In this document: piece by piece, positions 28,292 to 36,535 of the stretch | Position numbering within the stretch: position 1 is the first letter of the stretch | How the letters are laid out: each line of letters opens with the position of its first letter | Origin: Candidatus Levyibacteriota bacterium | GTDB lineage: Bacteria > Patescibacteriota > Microgenomatia > Levybacterales > UBA12049 | Length of the DNA: 64,000 bases | Reading direction: 5' to 3' | Assembly: GCA_049519175.1 (NCBI GenBank) | Contig: JBEKQZ010000001.1 | Span: 224,043-288,042, forward strand | Notes under the pieces: generated by a model | Database searches by the model: none | The model's input: only the letters and a program-made list of their open reading frames with translations | Told to the model about the DNA's origin: nothing | Program-made: the position numbers and the translations under genes

Positions 28292-29622
28292 AGAATAAGT
28301 TTTTTGAAACCGGCAAAAAACTTATCGGCCACGAATTAATTAGCGGTAGCTTTTATTTGTTTGTCGGTGGGACAATCGCAAACTTCTTAGCTTTTCTCTA
28401 CAACGTTTTTTTAGCAAGAACTCTTGCTCCCGTAGATTATGGGGTATATGTCAGCTTGCTTTCAATAATAACTTTGCTGGGAGTTCCGGTCCAGTCCTTA
28501 AACCCGATTGTCGTCAGATTTGCAACGGAATATTTTGTTAAAGGCGAGAAAGAGAAAGAAGCAAAACTATATTTTAAGATGACCCAGTCCATAATTCTAG
28601 TTTCACTTTTAATTTTTCTTGGATTCATCGCGTTTTCCGGTCAAATAAGCGACTTTTTGCACATTAATAACATTTGGTACGTAATTATGGTTGGAGGAAT
28701 AGTTTCGTTTCTATATCTAAGTTTTGTCAATAACGCTTTTATCCAAGGGTTCCTAAAATTTAACTTCTTCGCATTTATTAATGTTACGGGTTCTTTAATA
28801 AAACTACTAGCCGGCATAGTGCTTGTACTGCTTGGTATGCGGGTGTTTGGAGCTTTGGGTGGAATTTTTCTGATGACTTTTGGAGCGTTTATCATTGGCT
28901 TTTTCCCAATAAGGCAAGTATTTGCCCGTGTCAGAAATAATAAAGAAAAAATACCTCTGAAGGAAATCACTTTATATGCTTTGCCGACAATTGTAATAAT
29001 TTTCTCACTAATTTCCTTCACCTCAACCGATGTCATTTTAATTAAACATTTTTTTAATCCGCAAGATGCGGCTGCTTACGGAGGGCTTTCGCTATTAGGC
29101 AAGGTGATATTCTATTTTACCAGTATGATTCCGGCCGTCATGTTTCCGCTTATTATTAAAAGATATAATTCCGGTAAAAAGTTTAACAGCCTTTTCTATT
29201 TAGGATTGCTTTTGGTTTTAATCCCGTCGGTGTTTATAACTGGGTTCTATTTTGTTTTCCCCAAGTTTGTAATCGACTTATTCTTTTCGGGTAAAGCAAC
29301 TTATATGGCAATTGCCGGGTATGCAGGGTTTTTTGGTATATTCCTGACCTTGTTTAGTCTTATAAACGTTTGTGTAAATTTCTTCCTGTCTTTGAACAAA
29401 ACAAAAATTGCCCCACTGGTCGTGGGAGCGTCAGCGCTGCAGATAATTTTAATCTGTATTTTCCATAGTAATTTTTATCAAGTAATTGCCGATTCAATTG
29501 TGGCTTCCCTAATCCTGCTTGCGGCGCTAATAGTTTATTACTTATTTCTTTTTGCCAACCCCCAAAAAATAAAAGACTTTATACCGCTAATCGGCCTTGC
29601 GGAAATCAACGTCAATCAATAA
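28288..29622 (+). CDS. Wzx-like flippase / polysaccharide biosynthesis protein (second copy)
   Basis: 444 aa with about 12 TM helices. It is paralogous in architecture to the 746 gene. ATGA overlap. Confidence 0.7.
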   Translation: MKNKFFETGKKLIGHELISGSFYLFVGGTIANFLAFLYNVFLARTLAPVDYGVYVSLLSIITLLGVPVQSLNPIVVRFATEYFVKGEKEKEAKLYFKMTQSIILVSLLIFLGFIAFSGQISDFLHINNIWYVIMVGGIVSFLYLSFVNNAFIQGFLKFNFFAFINVTGSLIKLLAGIVLVLLGMRVFGALGGIFLMTFGAFIIGFFPIRQVFARVRNNKEKIPLKEITLYALPTIVIIFSLISFTSTDVILIKHFFNPQDAAAYGGLSLLGKVIFYFTSMIPAVMFPLIIKRYNSGKKFNSLFYLGLLLVLIPSVFITGFYFVFPKFVIDLFFSGKATYMAIAGYAGFFGIFLTLFSLINVCVNFFLSLNKTKIAPLVVGASALQIILICIFHSNFYQVIADSIVASLILLAALIVYYLFLFANPQKIKDFIPLIGLAEINVNQ

Positions 29623-29687
29623 TATGGTATATCTCTAATCCTGAATAAAACTGTGCTATACTTGTGCTTAAGAATTTATAGAATCTA

Positions 29688-30431
29688 ATGAAAAACGTCA
29701 GATTGTTATCTTTAGTTGTCCCCGCATATAAACAAGAAAAAACAATCGTTAAAGATATTCAGAGCCTTGCAAATGTTTTATCCGCTCTACCTTACAGATA
29801 TGAAGTCATCGTAGTGGTTGACGGATTTTTGGATAAAACTTTTGAGAAAGCAAAGTCAATAAAAAATAATAATATCAAAGTCGAAGGCTATAAGAAGAAT
29901 ATCGGCAAAGGATTTGCGATTAGATATGGAGTGGAAAAGGCAAAGGGAGATGTAATCGGTTTTATTGATGCCGGAATGGATATAGATCCGAATTCAATTT
30001 TGACACTCGTTAAATATATGCAGACTCATAATGCAGATATAGTTATAGGTAGTAAGCTGCACCCCGACTCGAATGTTAAATATCCTTTGGTTAGGAAAAT
30101 CCTTTCCTGGGGTTACCGAAATGTAGTTCATTTGTTGTTTGGGCTTAACGTAAGAGATACTCAAGCAGGATTAAAACTGTTCAAAAAAGAAGTGGCAAAA
30201 GAAATTTTTCCCAGACTTACCGTTAATACGTTTGCCTTTGATATAGAGACCTTGGTAATCGCCAAGAAAATTGGATTTAACAATGTGAGGGAAGCCCCCG
30301 TCAAGGTGAGTTTTAGAAGGGGAACAATTACAAATTTAAACTTTTTTAAGATTGCTCTAATAATGTTATTAGACACCGCACGTGTTTGGGTACAGTTAAA
30401 TATTTTTAATTCTTACGGTAAGAAAAAATAG
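29688..30431 (+). CDS. GT2 glycosyltransferase (DPM1-like)
   Basis: LSLVVPAYKQEKTI..VIVVVDGFLDKT..IDAGMDIDP..QAGLKLFKK. Confidence 0.75.
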   Translation: MKNVRLLSLVVPAYKQEKTIVKDIQSLANVLSALPYRYEVIVVVDGFLDKTFEKAKSIKNNNIKVEGYKKNIGKGFAIRYGVEKAKGDVIGFIDAGMDIDPNSILTLVKYMQTHNADIVIGSKLHPDSNVKYPLVRKILSWGYRNVVHLLFGLNVRDTQAGLKLFKKEVAKEIFPRLTVNTFAFDIETLVIAKKIGFNNVREAPVKVSFRRGTITNLNFFKIALIMLLDTARVWVQLNIFNSYGKKK

Positions 30432-30511
30432 CGATTCTGGATTTACCAAGGACCGTACGTTTATTTTTGGCTCATTTTTTGGTATAGTATGCAGCGTATC
30501 TTGGGAAATAT

Positions 30512-31288
30512 ATGAAGACAATAATATTAAGCGGAGGATTAGGTTACAGATTAAAAGAAGAAACTGAATTTAAGCCAAAGCCGATGGTGCTTATTGGAGA
30601 CAAACCAATACTTTGGCATATTATGAAAATATATGCCCACTACGGTTTTAACGATTTTATTATTGCACTGGGATACAAGGGAGATTACATAAAACAATAT
30701 TTTTTAAATCAAAAGCAATTAATTCACGATTTTACTCTTCACACAAAATCCGGTTCCGTAAGAATTCATAAATCCGACGGTAATACTGCCGACGATTTTA
30801 AAATAACATTTGTGGATACGGGAGAGGAAACTCTTCCAGGAGAAAGAATACTCCGCTTAAAAAATTATATCCCGAAGGAAGATAAAAACTTCATGGTTAC
30901 ATATGGCGATGGGGTATCCGATGTAAACATCAAGGAGTTGGTAAAATTTCATAAAAAACAAAACACTATAGGGACCATTACCGGTGTGCATCCCCGAAGT
31001 AAGTATGGACTTTTAAAGCTTAACGAAAACAGCATAGTAGATAGCTTTATAGAGAAACCGGTGCTTAAAGAAAGAACAAACGGTGGTTTTATGATTTTCA
31101 AACGCGAGTTCTTTAAGTATGTAAATCCTAACGAATATGAACATGAAGGGCTAAAAAGATTAACAAAAGAAAAACAGCTATCGGTTTTTGTCCACGACGG
31201 CTTCTGGCATTCAATGGATACCTATTCGGATGTAGAAAACCTTAATAAATTATGGATAGAAACTAAGCCTTGGAAAGTATGGAAATAA
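30512..31288 (+). CDS. rfbF: Glucose-1-phosphate cytidylyltransferase (CDP-glucose pyrophosphorylase)
   Basis: MKTIILSGGLGYRLKEETEFKPKPMVLIGDKPILWHIMKIY is near-identical in pattern to Salmonella RfbF/DdhA (MKAVILAGGLGTRL..KPKPMVEIGGKPILWHIMK). C-term PWKVWK matches RfbF APWKTWE. Confidence 0.9.
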   Translation: MKTIILSGGLGYRLKEETEFKPKPMVLIGDKPILWHIMKIYAHYGFNDFIIALGYKGDYIKQYFLNQKQLIHDFTLHTKSGSVRIHKSDGNTADDFKITFVDTGEETLPGERILRLKNYIPKEDKNFMVTYGDGVSDVNIKELVKFHKKQNTIGTITGVHPRSKYGLLKLNENSIVDSFIEKPVLKERTNGGFMIFKREFFKYVNPNEYEHEGLKRLTKEKQLSVFVHDGFWHSMDTYSDVENLNKLWIETKPWKVWK

Positions 31289-32220
31289 AAGGAAAAAAAA
31301 TTTTAGTAACTGGGGGCACGGGGTTTATAGGCAGTCATTTGGTTCAAGAGTTGGTAGATCTTAAAGCAAAGGTATCTGTTATTGATATAAAAATTGAACC
31401 AAAATCATACTTTGTGCAAAATAAATTAAAAGGAATTTGCAAATTTAAGTTCGTTGATATTCGTAATAAAAAAGCCATTGAAAGCTTTTTCTCTAAAAAC
31501 AAAATTGATTATATCTTTCATCTGGCCGCAGAGCCGATTGTTGAAAAGGCTTTTCTTAATCCGATTAATGCCTTTACAACCAATATTATGGGGACAGTAA
31601 ATCTGTTGGAAATAGTAAGAAAGAATAAAAGAATAAAAGGGATTATTGTTGCTTCTTCGGACAAAGCCTACGGTAAAACAAAATCAGCTTACACGGAAGA
31701 GTCTCCTTTAAGAGGAGATCATCCCTATGACGTGTCAAAATCCAGCATGGATCTTATTTGCCAAACGTATTACAAAACTTATGGTATTCCAATTGTGATT
31801 ACGCGTTTTGGTAATGTTTATGGTGAAGGAGATCCTAATTTGTCAAGAATTATTCCGGGAATCTTTGACGCAATTATAAAGAACAAAACGCTAAAAATAA
31901 GAAGTGACGGAACTTATGTCAGAGACTATTTATATGTTAAAGATGTTGTAGACGGATATATCTTTTTATTGAAAAATTTTAATAAAGCTGTGGGCGAAGC
32001 GTTTAACTTTTCTTCAAAAGATTCATTATCTGTTTTAGAGCTCATCAAAAAAGCGGAAAAGATACTAAATACTAAAATTAAATATAAGATTCTAAACAAT
32101 GCCCAAAATGAAATTCCCTATCAACACCTTAATGATGCAAAGATAAAAAAGTTAGGTTGGAAAAATCATTATAATTTGGAGAATTCCTTAGCTAATATAT
32201 TGGATTGGTACAAAAACTAA
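31279..32220 (+). CDS. rfbG: CDP-glucose 4,6-dehydratase-like NAD-dependent dehydratase (extended SDR)
   Basis: VTGGTGFIGSH. FHLAAEPIVEKAFLNPINAFTTNIMGTVNLLE aligns with RfbG FHMAAQPLVRLSYEQPIETYSTNVMGTVHLLE. SSDKAYG. YDVSK (YxxxK). RFGNVYGEGD. It is shorter than canonical RfbG. ATG at 31279. The ORF-track start at 31270 is TTG. Confidence 0.65.
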   Translation: MEIKGKKILVTGGTGFIGSHLVQELVDLKAKVSVIDIKIEPKSYFVQNKLKGICKFKFVDIRNKKAIESFFSKNKIDYIFHLAAEPIVEKAFLNPINAFTTNIMGTVNLLEIVRKNKRIKGIIVASSDKAYGKTKSAYTEESPLRGDHPYDVSKSSMDLICQTYYKTYGIPIVITRFGNVYGEGDPNLSRIIPGIFDAIIKNKTLKIRSDGTYVRDYLYVKDVVDGYIFLLKNFNKAVGEAFNFSSKDSLSVLELIKKAEKILNTKIKYKILNNAQNEIPYQHLNDAKIKKLGWKNHYNLENSLANILDWYKN

Positions 32221-32222
32221 TT

Positions 32223-33725
32223 ATGAAAAGAAAAATACCTACAGTAATGGTTTCTCAACATCCGGACAATGCCAGTAAACCTTCTTGGCACACCGACGCA
32301 TACATTCGAGATCACGATGAAGTAAAAGAATGTTACTATGCTTTTTCAAAATTGGGAGTTTCCGAATACAAATGGGATTGGGAAGGAAAATTTGTTGATG
32401 AATCTGTTTTTGAAAGATTAATTAGTGAATATCCCACTTTTTTTCATAAAAACCAGTTAGGTAGAGATAAGTTTCTAACTTTCCGCTTGCCGGACTATAG
32501 AGTTAATACGGAATTTAGATTGGGAAGAGCTTTGATGGGAATATTAAGTGCAGCGGGGCTTGCTGAGGAAATAGGATTTTTCTCTCCTCCGATATTTGAA
32601 GCAATATTGTCCATGACCCAATCGGCGGAAGAAATGATTGGAATTCAAGAAGCATTTCTGGAGTTGGCAAGCCTTAAGAATCCTCTCTACAAAAATAGTT
32701 TTATGAAGAATATTAATATTATCCCACTTTTTGAGGATATAAATAGAATTATGGATTCCGCTACAATTTTAGAGAAATATATTCATTTGCATAAAAGTAA
32801 ATTTGGAGTATTCCCTTCGTACATGAGGCCGTATTTAGCTAGATCTGATTCCGCTTTAAGCTCCGGCTTGGTACCTTCTGTTTTGGCAATTAAGGTTGCT
32901 TTATCTAAATACGCAAAGTTTACCAAAGACACAGGTATTGAAACATTCCCGATTATTGGCGCCGGATCTCTCCCTTTTCGTGGCGGATCAACGCCTTATT
33001 CAGTTAAGCAATTCATAAAAGAATATAGTGGAATAAAAACCATGTTGGTTCAAAGTGCTTTTCAATATGATTTTCCGGAGAAAGATGTCTTAAGTGCGAT
33101 AAAAGCAATCGAGAAGGCCTTACCTAAAAGTAAGGCTCTAATAGTCAGCAGTACGGATGAAAGAAAAATAAGGAGAGTCATTAATGATTTCGAGCCTTTT
33201 TACCAGAAAACCGTTAAAAAGATCGGGTCTACTGTGTACAGTATTGCAATTTATATGCCCGCAAGAAGAGAAAGGCTAAAACATACAGGACTGCTTAAGT
33301 ATCCAAGGTTGGTACAGGGAGTGAAAGTTCCCAGAGCAATAAACTTTACGGCCTCTCTTTACTCAATCGGTATTCCGCCTGAGTTTATTGGCGTAGGAAG
33401 AGGAATAAGAGCAGCTAAAAAAAATGGAAATCTATCGATTGTTGAAAAAACATATTTTAATTTCCATAATGACCTAGAGAAAGCGGGAGGATATTTGAAT
33501 AAAAAAGTACTCTCAGTTTTGTCTAAAAAATCGCAGGGATGGAAAGAAATACAGGAGGATGTAAGGATAATAGAGGGTTATTTAGGCAAAAAATTTGAGC
33601 CGAAAACACCGGAAGAGAAAGCTCATCAAGTTTTTAGTGAAAGTATTTATGAAAGGTTTACGCAGGGAATTGAAATGACAGACCTGATAGAAGAAGCGGC
33701 TGTTCTTAGAAGAAGTTTGGGCTAG
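32223..33725 (+). CDS. ppcA: Archaeal-type phosphoenolpyruvate carboxylase (PEPcase_2 family)
   Basis: N-term MKRKIPTVMVSQHPDNASKPSW ... EVKECYYAFSKLGVSEYKWDWEGKFVDE matches the hallmark archaeal PEPC N-terminus (..IPRTMSTQHPDN.. / ..WD.EGK.VD..). About 500 aa. ATG at 32223. The ORF-track start at 32205 is TTG. Confidence 0.65.
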   Translation: MKRKIPTVMVSQHPDNASKPSWHTDAYIRDHDEVKECYYAFSKLGVSEYKWDWEGKFVDESVFERLISEYPTFFHKNQLGRDKFLTFRLPDYRVNTEFRLGRALMGILSAAGLAEEIGFFSPPIFEAILSMTQSAEEMIGIQEAFLELASLKNPLYKNSFMKNINIIPLFEDINRIMDSATILEKYIHLHKSKFGVFPSYMRPYLARSDSALSSGLVPSVLAIKVALSKYAKFTKDTGIETFPIIGAGSLPFRGGSTPYSVKQFIKEYSGIKTMLVQSAFQYDFPEKDVLSAIKAIEKALPKSKALIVSSTDERKIRRVINDFEPFYQKTVKKIGSTVYSIAIYMPARRERLKHTGLLKYPRLVQGVKVPRAINFTASLYSIGIPPEFIGVGRGIRAAKKNGNLSIVEKTYFNFHNDLEKAGGYLNKKVLSVLSKKSQGWKEIQEDVRIIEGYLGKKFEPKTPEEKAHQVFSESIYERFTQGIEMTDLIEEAAVLRRSLG

Positions 33726-33801
33726 ATATGGATTTGATGGAATCTTTAGGAAGGTATATGATTGGCGTATTAAAAATGAATAGTAAATAAGAATTTGTAT
33801 A

Positions 33802-34653
33802 ATGAGACCAAGAAATTTAAAAACTAAAATTTTTCTCGATAGCGGAAATCCTTCCGATACCAAAGCAACACTAAAGCTTCTCGGATTTTTAGATGGACAA
33901 ACAACGAATCCTTCTTTAATAGCAAAAAGTTCGAAGGCAATAGAAAGAATCGAAAAAGGAGAAAAATTTTCAGCAGAAGAAATTTACGATTTTTACAAAA
34001 AAACAGCAGAAGAAATTTCAAACCAGATTCCAAATGGCTCCGTATCGGTTGAAGTATATGCAGATTCAAATACTAAAGCGGAAGAAATGTTAGATACCGG
34101 TAAGAAGTTTTTCTCGTGGATTCCTAATGCTCACATAAAACTTCCTATAACAAGAGAAGGACTTAAGGCAGCGAAGGAAATGATAAGTATGGGAATGAGG
34201 GTTAATATGACTCTTTGTTTTAATCAAGAGCAGGCGGCTGCAGTATATGATGCAACAAGAAGAGCTACTGCGGGTCAGGTCTTTATTTCTCCATTTGTCG
34301 GAAGACTTGATGATATTAATCAAAACGGAATAAGTCTTATTTCCAACATACTGGAAATGTATAGAGAAGGAGACGGACACGTAGAAGTTCTAGCGGCCAG
34401 CATTAGAAGTATAGACCATTTTATGGCATGTTTGAATTTAGGATGCGACATAATCACTGCTCCTTTTCCCGTGCTTAAAGAATGGGCAGATAAAGGTTTT
34501 CAGACTGCAGGCTTTGATTATAAAGTTGATTTGAAAGACATTCCTTATAAAAATATTAAGATGGAGAATTGGGAAAATATAAATATCGAAAATGAATTGA
34601 CAAATAAGGGAATCGAAAAATTCTGCGCCGATTGGACTGCCCTCATTGTCTAA
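33802..34653 (+). CDS. Transaldolase / fructose-6-phosphate aldolase family protein (short TalC/FSA type with insertion)
   Basis: KIFLDSGNPSD..GFLDGQTTNPSLI and the Schiff-base lysine context HIKLPITREGLKAAKEM. Confidence 0.75.
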   Translation: MRPRNLKTKIFLDSGNPSDTKATLKLLGFLDGQTTNPSLIAKSSKAIERIEKGEKFSAEEIYDFYKKTAEEISNQIPNGSVSVEVYADSNTKAEEMLDTGKKFFSWIPNAHIKLPITREGLKAAKEMISMGMRVNMTLCFNQEQAAAVYDATRRATAGQVFISPFVGRLDDINQNGISLISNILEMYREGDGHVEVLAASIRSIDHFMACLNLGCDIITAPFPVLKEWADKGFQTAGFDYKVDLKDIPYKNIKMENWENINIENELTNKGIEKFCADWTALIV

Positions 34654-34654
34654 C

Positions 34655-35737
34655 ATGAAAATTAAATCAAGAATTAAAGACTTCGAAGTAATATTTGCCC
34701 GAGACTTTGATTTTGTAAATGAGTTTCTTCGATTAGAACATTATGTTGTTATTGTGGGTTCAAATGCGCATTCTATTTACAAAAAAAAGATTTTCAGTAG
34801 ATTTCCCAAAGATAAAGTAATAGTAATCGAGCTAGGTGAAAAAAACAAAACTATTGGAACGGTTATCAAAGTGTATGAAAAGCTCTTAGAGCAAACGGCA
34901 AAGAAAAATTTAACAATCATTTCATTTGGTGGAGGAATAAATCAGGACGTTGTTGGATTTATTGCCTCAACTTTGTATAGGGGAGTCAATTGGATTTATG
35001 TTCCAACCACGCTGTTAGCAATGGCAGATAGCGCCATCGGACTTAAAACTTCGCTTAATTTCAGGCATTATAAGAACGTTCTGGGAACTTTTTATCCTCC
35101 TTCGAAAATTATTATCAATGTCGATTTCTTAAAAACTCTTCCTAAGTTAAATTATTTTAGCGGAATAGGGGAAATTATTAAATTTTATTTAATGAAAAAG
35201 AACGCCATTGCGGATTTGGATAACACACTAAAGAAAATAGAAAAATTAAAAAGCGGGAAGAATAGGCAAGATATTCTTAATATCATCGAGGAAAGCATGA
35301 AAATTAAACTAAGCTACATGGAAGGCGACGAATTTGATACGGGAAGAAGAAATCTTTTAAATTACGGACATGAATTTGGACATGCGCTTGAGCCGGCATC
35401 TGCATTTAATATTCCCCACGGAGTAGCTATTTTAATTGGCATAATATTTGCAAACGTCGTTTCTTATAAGAGAAAGATGATTAGTAAGCAAGTTTATGAG
35501 GATTTAAATAGGCGCTTGTTGGTACCAAACATTCCCCGTGACGTTGTAAATATCAAAAAAAGATATTTTGACAAAGACACAATTTTAGAAAATATGAAAA
35601 AAGATAAAAAAAGAATTGGTAATGGTTTGGTACTTGTTCTTCCGCGAAAAGATTTCTCTCTTATTAAAGTTAATGATTTGAGCATTGACGAATATACCTC
35701 AAGTTTGATAGAGTTGAGAAAAATAATAGGAGTATAG
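34655..35737 (+). CDS. 3-dehydroquinate synthase-like sugar-phosphate cyclase (DHQS superfamily)
   Basis: GGGINQDVVGFIAST, VPTTLLAMADSAIGLKT, and the metal-binding motifs NYGHEFGHALE and HGVAILIG. 361 aa. ATG at 34655. The ORF-track start at 34646 is TTG. Confidence 0.75.
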   Translation: MKIKSRIKDFEVIFARDFDFVNEFLRLEHYVVIVGSNAHSIYKKKIFSRFPKDKVIVIELGEKNKTIGTVIKVYEKLLEQTAKKNLTIISFGGGINQDVVGFIASTLYRGVNWIYVPTTLLAMADSAIGLKTSLNFRHYKNVLGTFYPPSKIIINVDFLKTLPKLNYFSGIGEIIKFYLMKKNAIADLDNTLKKIEKLKSGKNRQDILNIIEESMKIKLSYMEGDEFDTGRRNLLNYGHEFGHALEPASAFNIPHGVAILIGIIFANVVSYKRKMISKQVYEDLNRRLLVPNIPRDVVNIKKRYFDKDTILENMKKDKKRIGNGLVLVLPRKDFSLIKVNDLSIDEYTSSLIELRKIIGV

Positions 35738-35744
35738 TAAAAAT

Positions 35745-36527
35745 ATGAATTTATTAGAATTAAAAATGGTTGAACTCCTGAAAAACTTAAGGGATAAGTT
35801 TGGAGTGACAGCCCTTAAGGCTGAATTTGAAGCAGAGGCCTCCCGGGTTAACGAAGTAATGCGCCTAAAAGACGTTGCCGATAAGGCGGATTTGGATTTA
35901 GTGATTAAAATCGGCGGAGGAGAAGCAGTTACGGATATGTTTGAGGCGCAACATATCGGAGTGGACCTTCTTATCGCCCCCATGGTTGAAACCCCTTATG
36001 CGCTGCGTAAGTATTTAGAAGCGGTAGAGAAATATTTCTCCAAAGATTTAAGAGCGAAAATGCATTTTGGGATAAACATTGAAACAGAATTGGCTTGCCT
36101 AAAATTCCCGGAGATGCTTTTGGAGAAAAAGGTCGATTTAATCGATACGATTACCGTTGGAAGAGTTGATCTCTCCGGTTCAATCGGTCTTCCGAGAGAT
36201 CAAATTAACAGCGCTGAAGTTTATATACTTGCTGAAACTGTTTTTACTCTGGCGCGAGCAAAAAAGTTCAGAACTGCAATGGGTGGCGGTATCGCTGTTG
36301 AGGCAATACCTTTTATAAAAAAACTCGCGGCAAAAAAACTTTTAGATCGCTTTGAAACCAGAAAAATTGTATTCGAAGTTCCCGATAATTTTACAAACGT
36401 AGAGAAAGGAATTATTCAAGCTAATATATTTGAATTAATGTGGCTGGAAAATAAAAGAAATTACTACGAAAGAATTTTCCGGGAAGACGAAAAAAGAATA
36501 GAAATGTTAAAAACGAGAATTAAGTAG
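35745..36527 (+). CDS. HpcH/HpaI (CitE-like) class II aldolase/lyase family protein
   Basis: IAPMVETPYAL (PM[IV]ET motif) and TVGRVDLSGSIG (G..DLs.s.G motif) fit the HpcH/HpaI/CitE fold. The family call is less certain than for its neighbours. Confidence 0.5.
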   Translation: MNLLELKMVELLKNLRDKFGVTALKAEFEAEASRVNEVMRLKDVADKADLDLVIKIGGGEAVTDMFEAQHIGVDLLIAPMVETPYALRKYLEAVEKYFSKDLRAKMHFGINIETELACLKFPEMLLEKKVDLIDTITVGRVDLSGSIGLPRDQINSAEVYILAETVFTLARAKKFRTAMGGGIAVEAIPFIKKLAAKKLLDRFETRKIVFEVPDNFTNVEKGIIQANIFELMWLENKRNYYERIFREDEKRIEMLKTRIK

Positions 36528-36535
36528 CGAAATAA

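Noticed and set aside
33726-33801. TATAAT hexamer at 33797-33802 overlapping the transaldolase start codon, and AT-rich possible promoters in the 29623-29687 and 30432-30511 gaps (for example tgGTATAGT at about 30494-30502)
   Set aside because: AT-rich intergenic DNA contains many chance -10-like hexamers. None has a convincing -35 at proper spacing except the 56585-56614 element. They are noted only as possible internal promoters.
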